Below are positions 13,108-25,259 of a stretch of DNA of 64,000 bases, piece after piece. The stretch's first letter is position 1, and each line of letters starts with the position of its first letter. Below the pieces are notes generated by a model. That model saw only the letters and a program-made list of their open reading frames with translations, made no database searches and was not told the DNA's origin. The translations under genes were made by a program, and so were the position numbers. This DNA is from Cycas panzhihuaensis (lineage: Eukaryota > Plantae > Cycadophyta), in NCBI GenBank assembly GCA_023213395.1, contig CM041465.1, positions 248,565,741-248,629,740 of the forward strand. The letters are read 5' to 3'.

Positions 13108-13993
13108 CATATAACCTATGGCTATGGGATAGAAGTGTAAAGGCCACTTATTGGAGTGACAAGTGGAATGGATTATAGAGGTGATTAGTGTTGGAAGATA
13201 ATGTTGAATTTTTAGGGTTAAGTGTTAATACATCATATTAGTGCATTGTAAGGGTCCTTTTATCATGGTAGGGCTAATCACAACTTTATGTTGTGAACTC
13301 TATATGTGTGGGGCCTATTATGCACTCATTTTTTATAATATCCTTATAAAGTTATCATACAAGGTACCATGTATCACCTTACAGGATCAACCCTTTATAT
13401 TCCTATATTGTATAATGAATTAATATTAAAGTTATATATACACACTCAATTTTAAATACATAAATAGAGATATACAAGTTTCATAATGGTTTATTTTATA
13501 TTTGTTATATATTGACTATGTACAATTTTTACATTTGGTATTAGAGTCATTTTTAACAAGTTTTGAGAGGTAGCCATCCTCCCTTTCAGGATGGCACCTC
13601 TCAAACCTAAGATGTGTGTTATTTTTGTATAGATAACATGTTGGAGGTTGAAACTCTAAATGCTCTTTAATCAAAGTCCATCATTCTATGTCTTTAAGCT
13701 AGAATACGAAGGCTCTCAAAAGTAAGATAAGCTCTCTCAAACCTAGTTTTGTATGTTTGACAATGAGCATGAAAATACTCCCTATATTTTTAGATTATTA
13801 TTATCTCTAATTAGATTATGTGAGAGGTATGAATATGTAGGTTGGTCTATAGTTTGATTTCTTCTCGACTCTATTTTTTTAAATAACTATAATTGTAATA
13901 TCTTTGAAGATTGTTTTCCTTGATTTTAGAGCCCAAATGGTATGTAATGTAATAATATTACCTTGTATATGACTAAAAGGTACATTTTCTTAA

Positions 13994-14661
13994 GTAGAGA
14001 AGTCTCGAGCCTACTTCTTGTGCCATTTTAAAGTAGGGCCTATTATCGAGGTCTCCTAATGATGGCAAATTCCACATGGGAGTGCTTATTTATGTAGATG
14101 CGACCCTTATCTTTTGTAAATTTTGGATAAATTTTTTTAGATCAATTAAATAAGAGGATTTCTACAAATCAAAGTTGTGAGACTATGGGTGATCGAGAGT
14201 GGCATCAATGAAAAACCTTGGTTATTTAACTGGTAGGGCCTTGATGCAACATTATAATAGGAAATGGCAACATCTTCTATATGTTTTACATTAGAGCATT
14301 ATTTTCAAGCATGATTTATATATTACAAATCCTAATCCTCCAAGGGAATATATAATCGCCCCATTACAAAGGATGAATTTATGCAGAAATCTAAATCCAA
14401 ATGGCCATTAGAGATTAGTTCTTAGCCTCCTATACCCTACTAATGGGAGTAATTTCTAGACTTGAAGATGGGAGAACTGCATTACATAGATTGGAATATT
14501 ACATTGAAGGAGATAGTAAATACTTGCCTATATTTGAGTTATATATGTGGAAAAGACAAGCTTTCACCAATAAAACTAGTTTCAATGTCTCATAAAATTT
14601 TCATGGATAATAACTTAGTGTTGCATATGCTTGGGAATCTCATTTATTAATGGAGGCTTAA
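13994..14661 (+). pseudogene. Captured coding fragment of an unidentified host protein (~220 codons)
   Basis: Near-continuous frame (one apparent frameshift) whose stops could revert to Gln/Arg by T>C: VEKSRAYFLCHFKVGPIIEVS..WQIPHGSAY...VRLWVIESGINEKPWLFNW...GVISRLEDGRTALHRLEYYIEGDSKYLPIFEL...VAYAWESHLL. Not a TE domain I recognise. Confidence 0.5.
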
Positions 14662-14687
14662 TTGAAACCCTCATTCTAGCAATTAGA

Positions 14688-15028
14688 ATATTGTCCTCTA
14701 TGTAGCTTTGACCAATGTCTAACTTGAAGGCAATTAGAAACAAGCCTCCTAAAGAGTGTAGTGCTAGCCCTTATGCAGAATAAAATCCATTCATTTGAGG
14801 TTCTATTATCTTTGGACCCGATAAGACTCTGTGGAAAGGTGGTAATTTCTATTGACTTTTTAGGAAGAATTATTGATAGAATCCTCTTAACTTGTGATTT
14901 ACTTTGGAGGTTTTTTCCATCCAAATATATACCATGATGGAACACCTTTTATGGACATAATTCATGATGCCTAGTCATCTTGCCATAATATTTGTACCAT
15001 ACTTATATTAATTTAGTCTCTACTTATG
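14688..15028 (+). pseudogene. Intronless fragment of a RAD6/UBC2-like ubiquitin-conjugating enzyme E2
   Basis: MSNLKAIRNKPPKECSASPY...IIFGPDKTLWKGG...FHPNIYHDGTPFMDIIHDA*SSCHNICTILILI*SLL. HPN motif present; the catalytic Cys position now reads Phe; stops and frameshifts. Confidence 0.9.
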
Positions 15029-15219
15029 AAAGCACTATATGGAGATCTAGAATAGAGTGTATGCATTCTTAGCTAGAGAAGTTAATAGGGCTTTTGTATT
15101 TTTTAAAGAAAGAGGAAAGATAATAAACAAATAACTGAGGCCATACAATTGATACTTATAATAGAAGATGAAGGCTATAATGGATTTATACTGATTTTAC
15201 GAGAGGGCACCTTTAGTAG

Positions 15220-15546
15220 AGATTGTGTGACAATGACCCTAATGTTATGGGAGCAGTCTTTTGTCCCCTATTTGATCTTATTACTGCAAATGTACATTCA
15301 TATAAAGATTTAGAAACCGATGTTGTTAACATTTTGAACTAGGTAGATGAACATAGATTGCCAAAGAGTTATGACTATCATCATAATCTTACATTATTTA
15401 TTCAAATCAAGCTACTAAAAATCTTGACTTTGTTTGGTGATAGAGGCAAACAAACAAGTGAGAATATGTATATTATCCTGGGTGATATATTTAGAAAATG
15501 GAAATCAACTAGTAAAGTTGATAATGCTATTATATATGAAGGTATT
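15220..15546 (+). pseudogene. AP4E: Intronless fragment of AP-4 complex subunit epsilon (adaptin N-terminal region)
   Basis: RLCDNDPNVMGAVFCPLFDLI...YKDL...HRLPKSYDYH...FIQIKLLKIL...GDIFRK...NAIIYE matches plant AP-4 epsilon as I recall it (RLCDNDPGVMGATLCPLFDLI...RRLPKSYDYHQMPAPFIQIKLLKI...NAILYEC). Confidence 0.92.
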
Positions 15547-17554
15547 TACTTTCAAATCTTTGATGAAGGCAAAATGTCTATAGTCACTACAACTTGAAAC
15601 TCTACCTTAGGTATATTAAACACCAGTGCTTGGCTGTATCCTCCTATTATTTACTATAACCTAAAGTCTATTAAATTATGAAAAATTAGTCATTAGAAGT
15701 GCTATAATTACTGTTATTACAACAACCATATTTAATAGATTTATACAAATTTCTTGTACTACATTTTATTTTAGTTTATGCCATATATAAATGTAATGTT
15801 TTTAGGTTTGGAGGCATAAGAAAATTTCCCTCTTCATTGCCATTTATTATGATGTTTATTGAGTTTGGAGGCACAACTAATTTATCCTCCTCATCACCAT
15901 TAGTAAGGGTGTTTTTTTTTCTTTTTTTTTTGTGGAAGATGGCATGAATTCCACTTCGTTCACTTAAGAATGTGTTGATATTGTATGTAGTTGGTGTTTT
16001 ACTTAATGAGTGCACCATCACTTACATTTTTTTCCTACCATGTAGTAGTACATATGATATTCATACTTAACAGAATATATAGATTTATGATATTTATTCT
16101 GTTAAGTAGTTTAGCTTGCTCCTAGGTTATGCATCAGATAAAGATCCACTCCATGCTATGTGAAGACGTTACTTAGACAACCAATGACACATAGTAGTTG
16201 TTCACCTATGTGATCTAGCAGATGCTAATATCTTTATATAGATGTCAATGTCATTTCATTTAACATAGTTTTTTTATTGTAAAAATTAAACATTATGGGG
16301 GGATATTGGAAGATAATATTTAATTTTATAGGTTAGATATTTAATATATTATGTTAGTGCATTATGAGGGTCCTTTTATCATGATTGGGTTAGTCATACC
16401 TTAATGTTATGAACTCTATGTATGTAGGGTCTATTATGCACCCATTTTTATAACATCCTTGTAAGGTGATCATACAAGGTGCCATGTGTCACCTTGTATG
16501 ATCAAACCTTTGTATTCTTATCTTATATAATGAATTAATGTTAAGGATATATAAACACATTCAATTTTAAATATATGAATAGAGATATATGAGTTTCATA
16601 GTGGTTCATTTTGTTTTTGTTGTATATTGAGTGTGTATAGTTTCTATAGTTGGTTGGGTAGAAGACCTACCATTGAAGTAGGAAGAACTGATATTGATGT
16701 TATTAATGGATCTTAGGTAAGAAATATTAATGACAATGGAATTAGTTAGAAAATAACATCTTCTTAAGAAGCTACTTTCTATTAAGGTTAAGGAAATAAT
16801 TAGGTTTGGGTAGAACTTATTCCAAAGATATGAAAGGCCTAAGTAGGAGTTGAGTCCAAAGTCACTTATTTATAGTGAACGCTTAAGGCTACCACCATAT
16901 ACTATAAACTCTTAGGGGTTTAGGATATATTAGATACTTGCTCCTCTAAGTGAGTCTAGTAGAAAGAAAAAGCTTGTGTTGAGGACCTAAGATCGAGTAA
17001 CTAATCATGGGGTTGAGAAACCCTAATGAAATGAGAAGTCAATCCTACTAGATTTTGATACACTACACCCTAATCATAAGGATAATTGAAATCCACTCCA
17101 TCTTAGGAAGGTATTTCTTACCCATAAAGCTTAGGCACTTGGTTCTAATCTTAGCCATATGTTTAGTGTGGGTCTTGAGTTTAATACTACTCCTCTGATT
17201 AATAAGCTTCTTAAGCTTAAGAAAATTTTATAAATCACCTAGGAAGGTATTGGCCTACCATTGAGCATTGTTCAACAAGTGATAAAGTAGATCAATTTGT
17301 TGATTTAGAATCCAAAGGAAATAAACACATAAGATTATGAGAAGATTGTTATGTATAAGAAGTAAACTTAAAAAATAAAAAGCAAAAAGTAGAAGCAAAT
17401 GCTAAAAAGATGCAATCAAACTCTAAAGAAGTGGGGAAGAGGTAAACGATGTTTACTAGATAAACCATAAACTAAAAGAGCCCAAACCTAAAATCAAAGA
17501 GCTAAAAGAAAATAAAGAAGGGATCAATGCAATGCACCAAATCCTACTAGTGAG

Positions 17555-17572
17555 TCCCCAATATGGTCACTA
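17555..17572 (-). promoter_or_regulatory. Putative PBS of the Tat element (TGGCGAC...TGGGGA type)
   Basis: Reverse strand TAGTGACCATATTGGGGA is derivable by transitions from the TGGCGACnnnnCTGGGGA PBS of Tat/Ogre elements. The 5' LTR would begin near 17574 but has no partner in the window. Confidence 0.5.
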
Positions 17573-20500
17573 GTGAATCATGGTTAATAGGAGGGAGGAT
17601 GCACACCATAATTTAACAACATAATAGAAGAGCTAAGGGGATCCACATTGAGAAGGGCATAGAGATATGCCTCTTATAAGGAACTCATGTGCTATATGAA
17701 TATGGGTGTGGGGATAAGAGACTAGTGTTTTCTAGGTTTCAAGGGGTAATATCTAGATGTATGTCATGTGCCAAAAGTAAAAGAAAAGTAAAAATAATTT
17801 GAAAAGAAAACAAGAATAAATCTATCTAATCAAAGTAAAAAATGGTGTAAGTAAGTAGATAGAGAAGTAATACATGTAAGTAATAGAAGAGTAAACTACT
17901 AACTAACTAATAGCTTTAAGATAATATCAATTTATTTATTTACCAAGCATCTTTGTAAGGGCCAAACAACACTCAAAGAAGCCCTTAGTACATAAGGGGG
18001 ATGATCAAACATATGTACCCAAGATAAAATCACTTTTATGTACCTACTCTACTCAACTACTCCCTCCTAAAAGTAGATTGACCTATCCCAACATAACTTC
18101 TAAAATAAACCTACATGACAAAATCAATCTATAAGAAGTGGTATTAACTAGGGTAAGAGGTCTAAAGGGATCAACACCATATGATAGATCTAATAGTGGA
18201 TAACTCAATTGAGACTCATCAATATTAATGACCCATTTTACACAAATGTAAGGTAGCTCCATAATACCTACATATGATTCTAATAAACCTCCTACTCTAA
18301 GAGGTGAAGAAGAAGAGGACACTGCTCTCAATGGGATAAATAGAGCTCATTCAACTATTAACACCATATGCGTAAGCACGTAGTAAGGATATATGCCCTC
18401 TATTGAATCATTTAGAATATGAATATGGAAGATTTGGCACCACCTAAAGGCAAATCTTATCTCTTTTATTTGATGATGAAATTTGGGTAGAAAGGTGATA
18501 ATCCCCACTTTTTAGTATGGGAAGGACCTTACCTAGAAAAGACTAAGGAGAGGAAAGAGTAAAAACTACAATGTAGTTATATGTCTTTCTTACTTTAATG
18601 AAAACAGTAAATACAATTAATCTTAGAAAATCCTTTTGGCTTAATAGATTTAGGTACTCATAATAAGTGTAGATCTCCACCTCATTATGGCCCTTTATAT
18701 GATATAAGAAACATAATCAAATGTGTAAGGTGATGCTTAAAAGAAATGAAATAACCTTTTTTTTGGTTGATTATTTATTTAAAGTTATTTATAAGAAAGG
18801 AAAAGGCAAAAACAAACAAATATGATATGTATGGAAGCAACAAACTTCTTCTTCTTCTTCTTCTTTTAATTTTCAAATGAAATTTCAGATATGAAATCAG
18901 CTTTTAAAATCGAAATCTATAAAAAAGAGGTTCAAAGGGAAATGCCTAGAATTTCACTTTAAAGATCTCAACAAACACTCTAAAAAAATATTACCTCTCA
19001 TATTGTAAGCCTACCAATGGGCCAATATTCAAAGCTAAGGCTATATATAGATCTAATATTTTCAATGAAACTTCGTAGTATTTCTACCTGCCAAACCAAC
19101 TTATGATGTAAAAATATTTAATGTGTTACTTTAAAATGCTCCAAAACGAGTTAAAATAAACCTTTTCATATCATACTTTTTGGTAGCCCTTTGAAAATTT
19201 TAATAATATTTTTATTCCACAATAAGTACTTTTGACTTAGCAGGATGAAGAAAAGAGAGAAAGGAGGACTTTCTAATTGGGTTACTATTTCCTCAACCTA
19301 CATGAAATAGATTAAGAATTCTTCTACCTATAGATTAGTGCTTAATATGATATCAATGAAATTCAATGAGTAAAAGAAATTACAACTTAAATTGAGAATA
19401 ACATATACAACTAATAATAAGAAGTAGTGAAAGAAGTCTCATAATTGACAATATTACCACCAATTTAAAGGTCAATAGATAGTACTTGGCCTTTATCCCC
19501 TTCGTAAGACATTAACATGATGGTTACATAAAATAAACAAAGCATTAACAAGAAGCTAAACAAATCAAGCATGCAAAATAATTGATAACTAAAAATAAAA
19601 TATCAATTAGAAAGTGTGAAGGAATATAAATGATGTAGGGAGAATTGCCCCAATTTCCATCTAAGGAGGGATACTCTTGGCATATAGCTCTTAAATCTAA
19701 GAAGTCTCCAACAATAAGTTTGCTGCTAATCTTCTTGCGCAAAGGTGGAGATCAACAAATGATTAAATGAGATAAGGGTATAGAAAATTTTTCAATATTC
19801 TAACAGCATAATAATGTGTTTGTTGACCCTCTCTCCCTATGGAAAATGAGGGGGCACTTATAAATGATGAGTTCCCTAAGGAAGGTGGTATTTGGGCCCA
19901 TAGTTTTCATAAAACCATGGGCAAATTGCCCATGGATTTAGCACACTAAAAAAGCATTAAAGATTAAGTTTTGGGAAGGAAAAAAGTAGCTTTCCTTATG
20001 ATTTTTAAGACTATCCATACTAAAAGACATTGTTTGGAGCATTAATTATGCTTTGAAATATGCATTTTTATTTTTTAGTTCCCACACTATCATACTATAA
20101 AATTCTTAATGGTATCATGAAGTTTATTTTTTTACAGTATTGTGGTAAACTTCGTGGTACCTTAGAGTTTATCAATAATAAAACAAACAATAAGGTAAAC
20201 AATTGCCAATATAAGACATGCTAAAATAAAAGTTAAACAAGCATGTATCGTAGTGGGATAAGGAAAAATGCATGATAAATGAATAGTTTCATCAATGAAA
20301 AACACCCAAAAGAGTAATACAAACATGGAATCATTATAAATAGGGGAAAAGAAAGGTGAACAATATTGATAAAGATACTAAAAGGTTATTCTTTAGCTCA
20401 TTAAGCTCATGTATGCAACCTCTTGTAGTCACTAACTATGGTTAGAATAAACATAGGCTAAAAGTGCACATATCCATTAATTAAAACAACAAGCAAACAT

Positions 20501-20729
20501 CAACACATATTGATAAAAGACCTAGGTTAATGTGAAATAAAATAAAATACTAAAAGCATGTATCTTTACTTAGCTATTAGCGAGATGAATGTGTACTTCT
20601 TAGATTTTGGGAAATAATGTGCCTCATAACTTGAGTGGAATAGGAAGATTCACAGTCCTAGGTAAAGTCAATATGGACTTCTATTTATTAAAGAAGAAGA
20701 GTTTTATACTAAAATAAGAAGAAGAAGCC

Positions 20730-21110
20730 TAGTTTATATTCTTTATTTAGATGAAGAAAAGTCTAAATCTAGAAGCCAAAGCTAGGATTATTATCTAATC
20801 TCTTAATGGATAAGCATTTCTTTTCTCCTATAAACTAGCATTTGATCATATGATTAACATTATAGGGTATGAAACTTTAATTCTAAGTATTCACAGGGTA
20901 TTGAACATGAATCTTAAACTTTTATAAGTTTAATATGACTCTAAACTGGAAATAAACTAAGTAAAAAGGTTGTGCTTTGTGAAGTTTAAAAGGTTGAAGA
21001 ACTACAGGCATTATATATGGGAGCTTCTCAAGGAATTTCAGGCATTCTAAATCCAACATATTCCCAAAGAAGAGAATCAACTATCTAGCTCTTTAGTTGT
21101 GGTAATTTCA
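20730..21110 (+). pseudogene. Additional (archaeal-type) RNase H domain of the Tat element
   Basis: FSYKLAFDHMINIIGYETLIL (from F.CTNNxAEYEALIL), YDSKLEIN*V (GDSxLxxNQV), HIPKEENQLSSSL (IPRxxNxxADxL). Confidence 0.85.
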
Positions 21111-22410
21111 CTTCTTGATATTAATTTGGATTTAACTAATGGTTAACATTTAATTAAGATAATTACTAGAGCATTAGTACCTCACAGTGTGGAGCATTAA
21201 CAAATCTTTAAAGATGATAATTAAATACTTTAATTTATTAAAGGATAAGGTGAATTCATTGATTTATATATAAAGGATGTCTCATCTATATTCTAAAATA
21301 TATAACTCATCCATGTACTATTTTATAAAGCTAGTCACTTTACTTAGATAAAGTACAATTAGAACTCAAGTTATAACTTAATATTGTAATTCCTAGTTGA
21401 GGGTCAACATTCCACTTTAAGCCTCATAACTGTCTAATGAGACTTATGTAATGTGAGGTTCAATAAGATGATAGTATGTGAAGTCCAATCCACATCCATC
21501 TATTGTAAAGTAATAGGCATTGAGCTCTTTATAAATTAAAGCCATGCTTACACTCATATAAGGAGGTTTTCGATGAGAGTCCAAACTCTGCCAAAGTTTT
21601 ATATCAGTCATCAATCAATTTGATTTGGTTATTCTTTTAGATTAGAGCTAATTTCTAATCCTCCATTCATATATTATGTTTATTTAATATGTGCTTGATA
21701 TGCTTTGTATATTGATGAGTTTATTGCATGTAGATTAAGAGAATAAAGATCATATTTAGGTTATTTTTCATTAGTTAAATTAATTCTAACTTTATCATTT
21801 TGTATCAGAGCATGTTTCTTGTGTTTCTAGCAAATGCTTTCATCTTTCAAGTAGGTAATTAGCTTTAACATGGATTAAGGATGTTGTCAATTACTGCTTT
21901 ATTGCTTATAGGCCATTTTCCTACTATTTGAGTTACTATCTAATATTGTTCACTAGTGAAACCCACTTTTTGGCACTTCACTATTTATTTTGGCATATTG
22001 CAAGTTTGTTTACCACTCGAAAGAGGTTATATATTGGTTGAGGCTTCATTCCATTTGGTCCATTTGGACCCCATTTACTCTATTCATTTCTCAAAATAAC
22101 TCATGTGATCATATTTTACAACCATCGACTATTTATGGCTTATTTAGGTTATAAAATCATCAAATCTCTATTATGGAGCTAGCTCATGGTATATAAGACT
22201 ATTTTCGGGCTTATTAATTATGGCAATATGCATTTTTTAGAATTTAGAAAATAAATTTATCACAAGAAGGTCATACAACCTTGTTTTTATTTTTTTGGCA
22301 CCCAATTAAGTTTCATCTAGTGAAACTCTAACATGTGACCATTTATTTTAATCTTCTTTTCACTTTAAATGCACTAGAACAAATGGAATTCAAATCCATC
22401 ATTCTATTCA

Positions 22411-24256
22411 TGAGATACCTATAGTGGGCCAAATGAAAGAACAATAGATAGAAGCTCTATTTTCAATAATGAAATTATATTCAAACAGATAACAACACTT
22501 CACAATAGTAGATTTCATACATTTACAATAGATATGATATATTGTAGTAGTGAAACTTTATAAATAATATTCAATAGAGATAACAATAGTGTATGTAAAT
22601 AATATGTGATGGTATCAATAGAATAAAGGCACCTGATATAAGATATCTAGCAGCTTGACGAACCCTCTTTGAGGTGAGGGCAACCCTCCAAATAGGCACG
22701 AGGCCATTATCCTTTCAACAAAAAATTCTCTAAGATGCTCTTCAAAATGAGGGAGGCTCTATATTTATAGCCTTCACACCTAACTTAGTACTTTTCCCAC
22801 CAAAAATTGACTTCACAATAAAATAAAATAAATAATACTTCTTTTAATTATTTTTTGAAAACTAATTTCACCATATTAAATCAAACCGATTTCTTCATTA
22901 TTTTTGGAAATACTACAATACCCCTTCCCTAAAAAATGACACTTTGCCCTCGAAGTATCGAAATTTACTTATAGCTCGATTCCACCACCACCTATTAGAT
23001 CCTGTAAGTCATGAAGATTTAGATCGGTCTTGTGTCTTTTGTGGGGTTGTACTAGCAAGTGTCTAGAATTTGCTGATGTTTGTTCTTGGGACCAAGTATA
23101 TGTAACTTCTTATTCTGACTCAGAAGGATCCTGGGACTAGTGAGGTATCTCAAATGCCTTGTCCTGGTCTTGCCTTGCATTTGCACCTTTTGTTTCCAAA
23201 TAGGATGGATTTTGGAAAAAGACGTGAAGGCTTCAGGAATAGAATTAATCGTGAGGGTCAAGGATTGATGATTACCTATTATGGGAAAAAGAAAAGGAGT
23301 AATTATGAACTAAGATCAAGCATAGCTTTGAAGGTATAAAAAGAAAGGATAAAATTTAGAATATGTCTTGGATGGAGATGTAAGTTTGTATAGGTTTTGT
23401 TGAGCCATAACTCTTTTTAGGAGAGAAATATGGATGGGCGATAAGTGATAGAGGTTCTTTATGAAAAAAAAACTTTAATAGGATTGTAGGATTGGTATTT
23501 GAATAATTGAAAAAATTTAACAAAAAAAGAAAATATTAATAATATGGAATTGAAGGGGTATGGACAAGATCAAACTGGGTTTTATAAGGGATAATATTAA
23601 AAGAGAAAACCTAACGAACATATTAAAGTTAAAGGGTGTCCTGTTGAGGATTGTTTATAGGGGGTGAAGGAGTAGCTGGGTAAAGAGATGGAGTAGGTTT
23701 ATAGAGGGAAATTAGAATTTGGCCTACGAAAAAACTAAAGTTAGGGGGATTAAGAGCATGGCTAACTATGGGTTTAGGAGGAAAGGGATTTTGTACTGCT
23801 ATTGAACTAGGGAAATAGAGAGGGCATATAAAATACCAAACAAATTATGCATGTGCAATACAGGATTAGTGGGCACCTTGCATGAAATTTATTAAGAAAA
23901 ATTTGCTTGTCCCTTATTGTCTTTGTGCTGCTCCTATAACTTCAATTTGTATTTCCTCTCTGATATTGAAATGGGGCTCTTCTATTGCTTGTGCTTACTT
24001 TGAGTCTTCTATGTCGTCATATTGTTTTCCTTATGCTAGATCTTATTCTAACTCTTGCAAAATCTCTAGGATCTCCTTATTAACAATGTCTTCTTCTTCC
24101 CTTCCTCATCAGTTTAAATCTCACCTTGCTTATGCTTCTTAAAAGCTATGGTAGCTGCCTCTGAAAACCAATACCTCTGAAAATTAGTCTTTTCTAAAAA
24201 TTAATTTCACCATATTAAATCAAACCGACTTCTTCATTATTTGTGGGAATGCTAAA
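22411..24256 (-). mobile_element. Small non-autonomous gypsy-derived LTR element nested in the copia leader; 5' LTR largely deleted
   Basis: 3' LTR 22411-22917; ~65-bp LTR remnant 24190-24256 matching 22852-22917; PPT AGGGAAGGGG on the minus strand at 22921-22930; PBS-like TGGTTTTCAGAG at ~24159-24170; TSD ATTCA/ATACA. Confidence 0.72.
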
Positions 24257-24774
24257 ATACAAATCTCTAAAGCATAAAAAAAATTATTGTCACATGTTTT
24301 ATTATTTGATGGTACACTCTAATTTTTCCATGTCTAAAGTATATCAACTTTAGAATATGAACTTTACCATATTCAAGGCATACTCTCTTCTCAATTGAAG
24401 CCTTCTCAACTTAGAATAAGTTTTTTAAAGCTATTTTTTACCAACTAAAGGCTTTATTACACTTTTCTAAAGGTTTTTCCAATATAGGATAATACAAAGT
24501 GATTTTTAATCATTTTACATGTATTTTTCACTTATTTTTAGTTAATGGTATGTGGTGCATTATTGATGTAGGTATGTTTCTTATTTAGGGAAGGTCTATT
24601 TTCTACCTTTGAATAGTGGCCCCTTCCTTACTTTATCCTTTATCATTTTGCACCCTTCTTTTATCCTTTATTCAATCAATTTTATTGCTTCAAGTTATCT
24701 TCTTTATCAAATTTATTAAAAATTCATCTTTGTACCTTAAATAAGACCACTTAAAAGGAATTTAAACTTGAAAG

Positions 24775-25221
24775 ATTAAGTAAGATAACTCTGAATTGAA
24801 TCATAAGACTAATAATTCTGTAAGGGGAATGGTTAGGACTTATGGTGTAATCACTCTTGTACACATGAGTTATATTTATATAGATAAATAGGCCAAAGGA
24901 CAACTTGCTATCAAGTATATCAAGTGACAGATTGAGGTATAAAACCCATTCCCTTTAGTGTTCAAAAATAAAGCTAGACCCAAAGTGCATGAGCCTCTTA
25001 ATTTTTATCTTTCGCTAGATCTGTCATTTGGGATAAATCTAGCACAAGTGGATTCATAGTATTAGGGGGACGACTAAGCCTTTTATGGTCATATACTAAG
25101 GTATATTGAGGTTAACTTGCTTATATATTGATGTATGTAAAGTCCCTAAATTGCCATCTGTGGGCAAGTACCACTAGATAGAATAACAACTGAGGGCTTT
25201 CTTAGAGACATTAAAACTTAG
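24775..25221 (+). ncRNA. Putative structured RNA module in the copia 5' leader, directly upstream of gag (homologous to 58402-58852 minus)
   Basis: Collinear similarity over ~450 nt with the reverse complement of 58402-58852; stems 24822-24832/24946-24956 and 25014-25020/25037-25043. Function unproven. Confidence 0.55.
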
Positions 25222-25259
25222 TATTCTAACTTAGTAGCCTATTATTCAAATGGTATATA

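Larger units (their letters stand above)
13189..16648 (+). mobile_element. Non-autonomous LTR retrotransposon carrying captured host gene fragments, 3.46 kb
   Basis: LTRs 13189-13533 and 16304-16648; PBS TGGTATTAGAGT 13536-13547; PPT 16295-16303; TSD ATTAG/GTTGG (differ only by G>A); no gag/pol. Confidence 0.9.
1483..17572 (-). mobile_element. Degenerate Ty3/gypsy Tat-lineage LTR retrotransposon, internal region (LTR limits not resolved), interrupted by three nested insertions
   Basis: Minus-strand gag, protease, RT, RNase H and integrase remnants in gypsy order. PBS-like site at 17555-17572. Long 3' region with tandem repeats and an antisense ORF, as is typical of Tat/Ogre elements. Confidence 0.85.

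Noticed and set aside
14688-15546. Functional host UBC or AP-4 epsilon genes
   Set aside because: They are partial, contain stops and frameshifts, lack introns and lie between the LTRs of one element.
17574-20575. Defined 5' LTR of the Tat element
   Set aside because: LTR-like in character, but there is no second copy or TSD in the window, so the boundaries cannot be supported.
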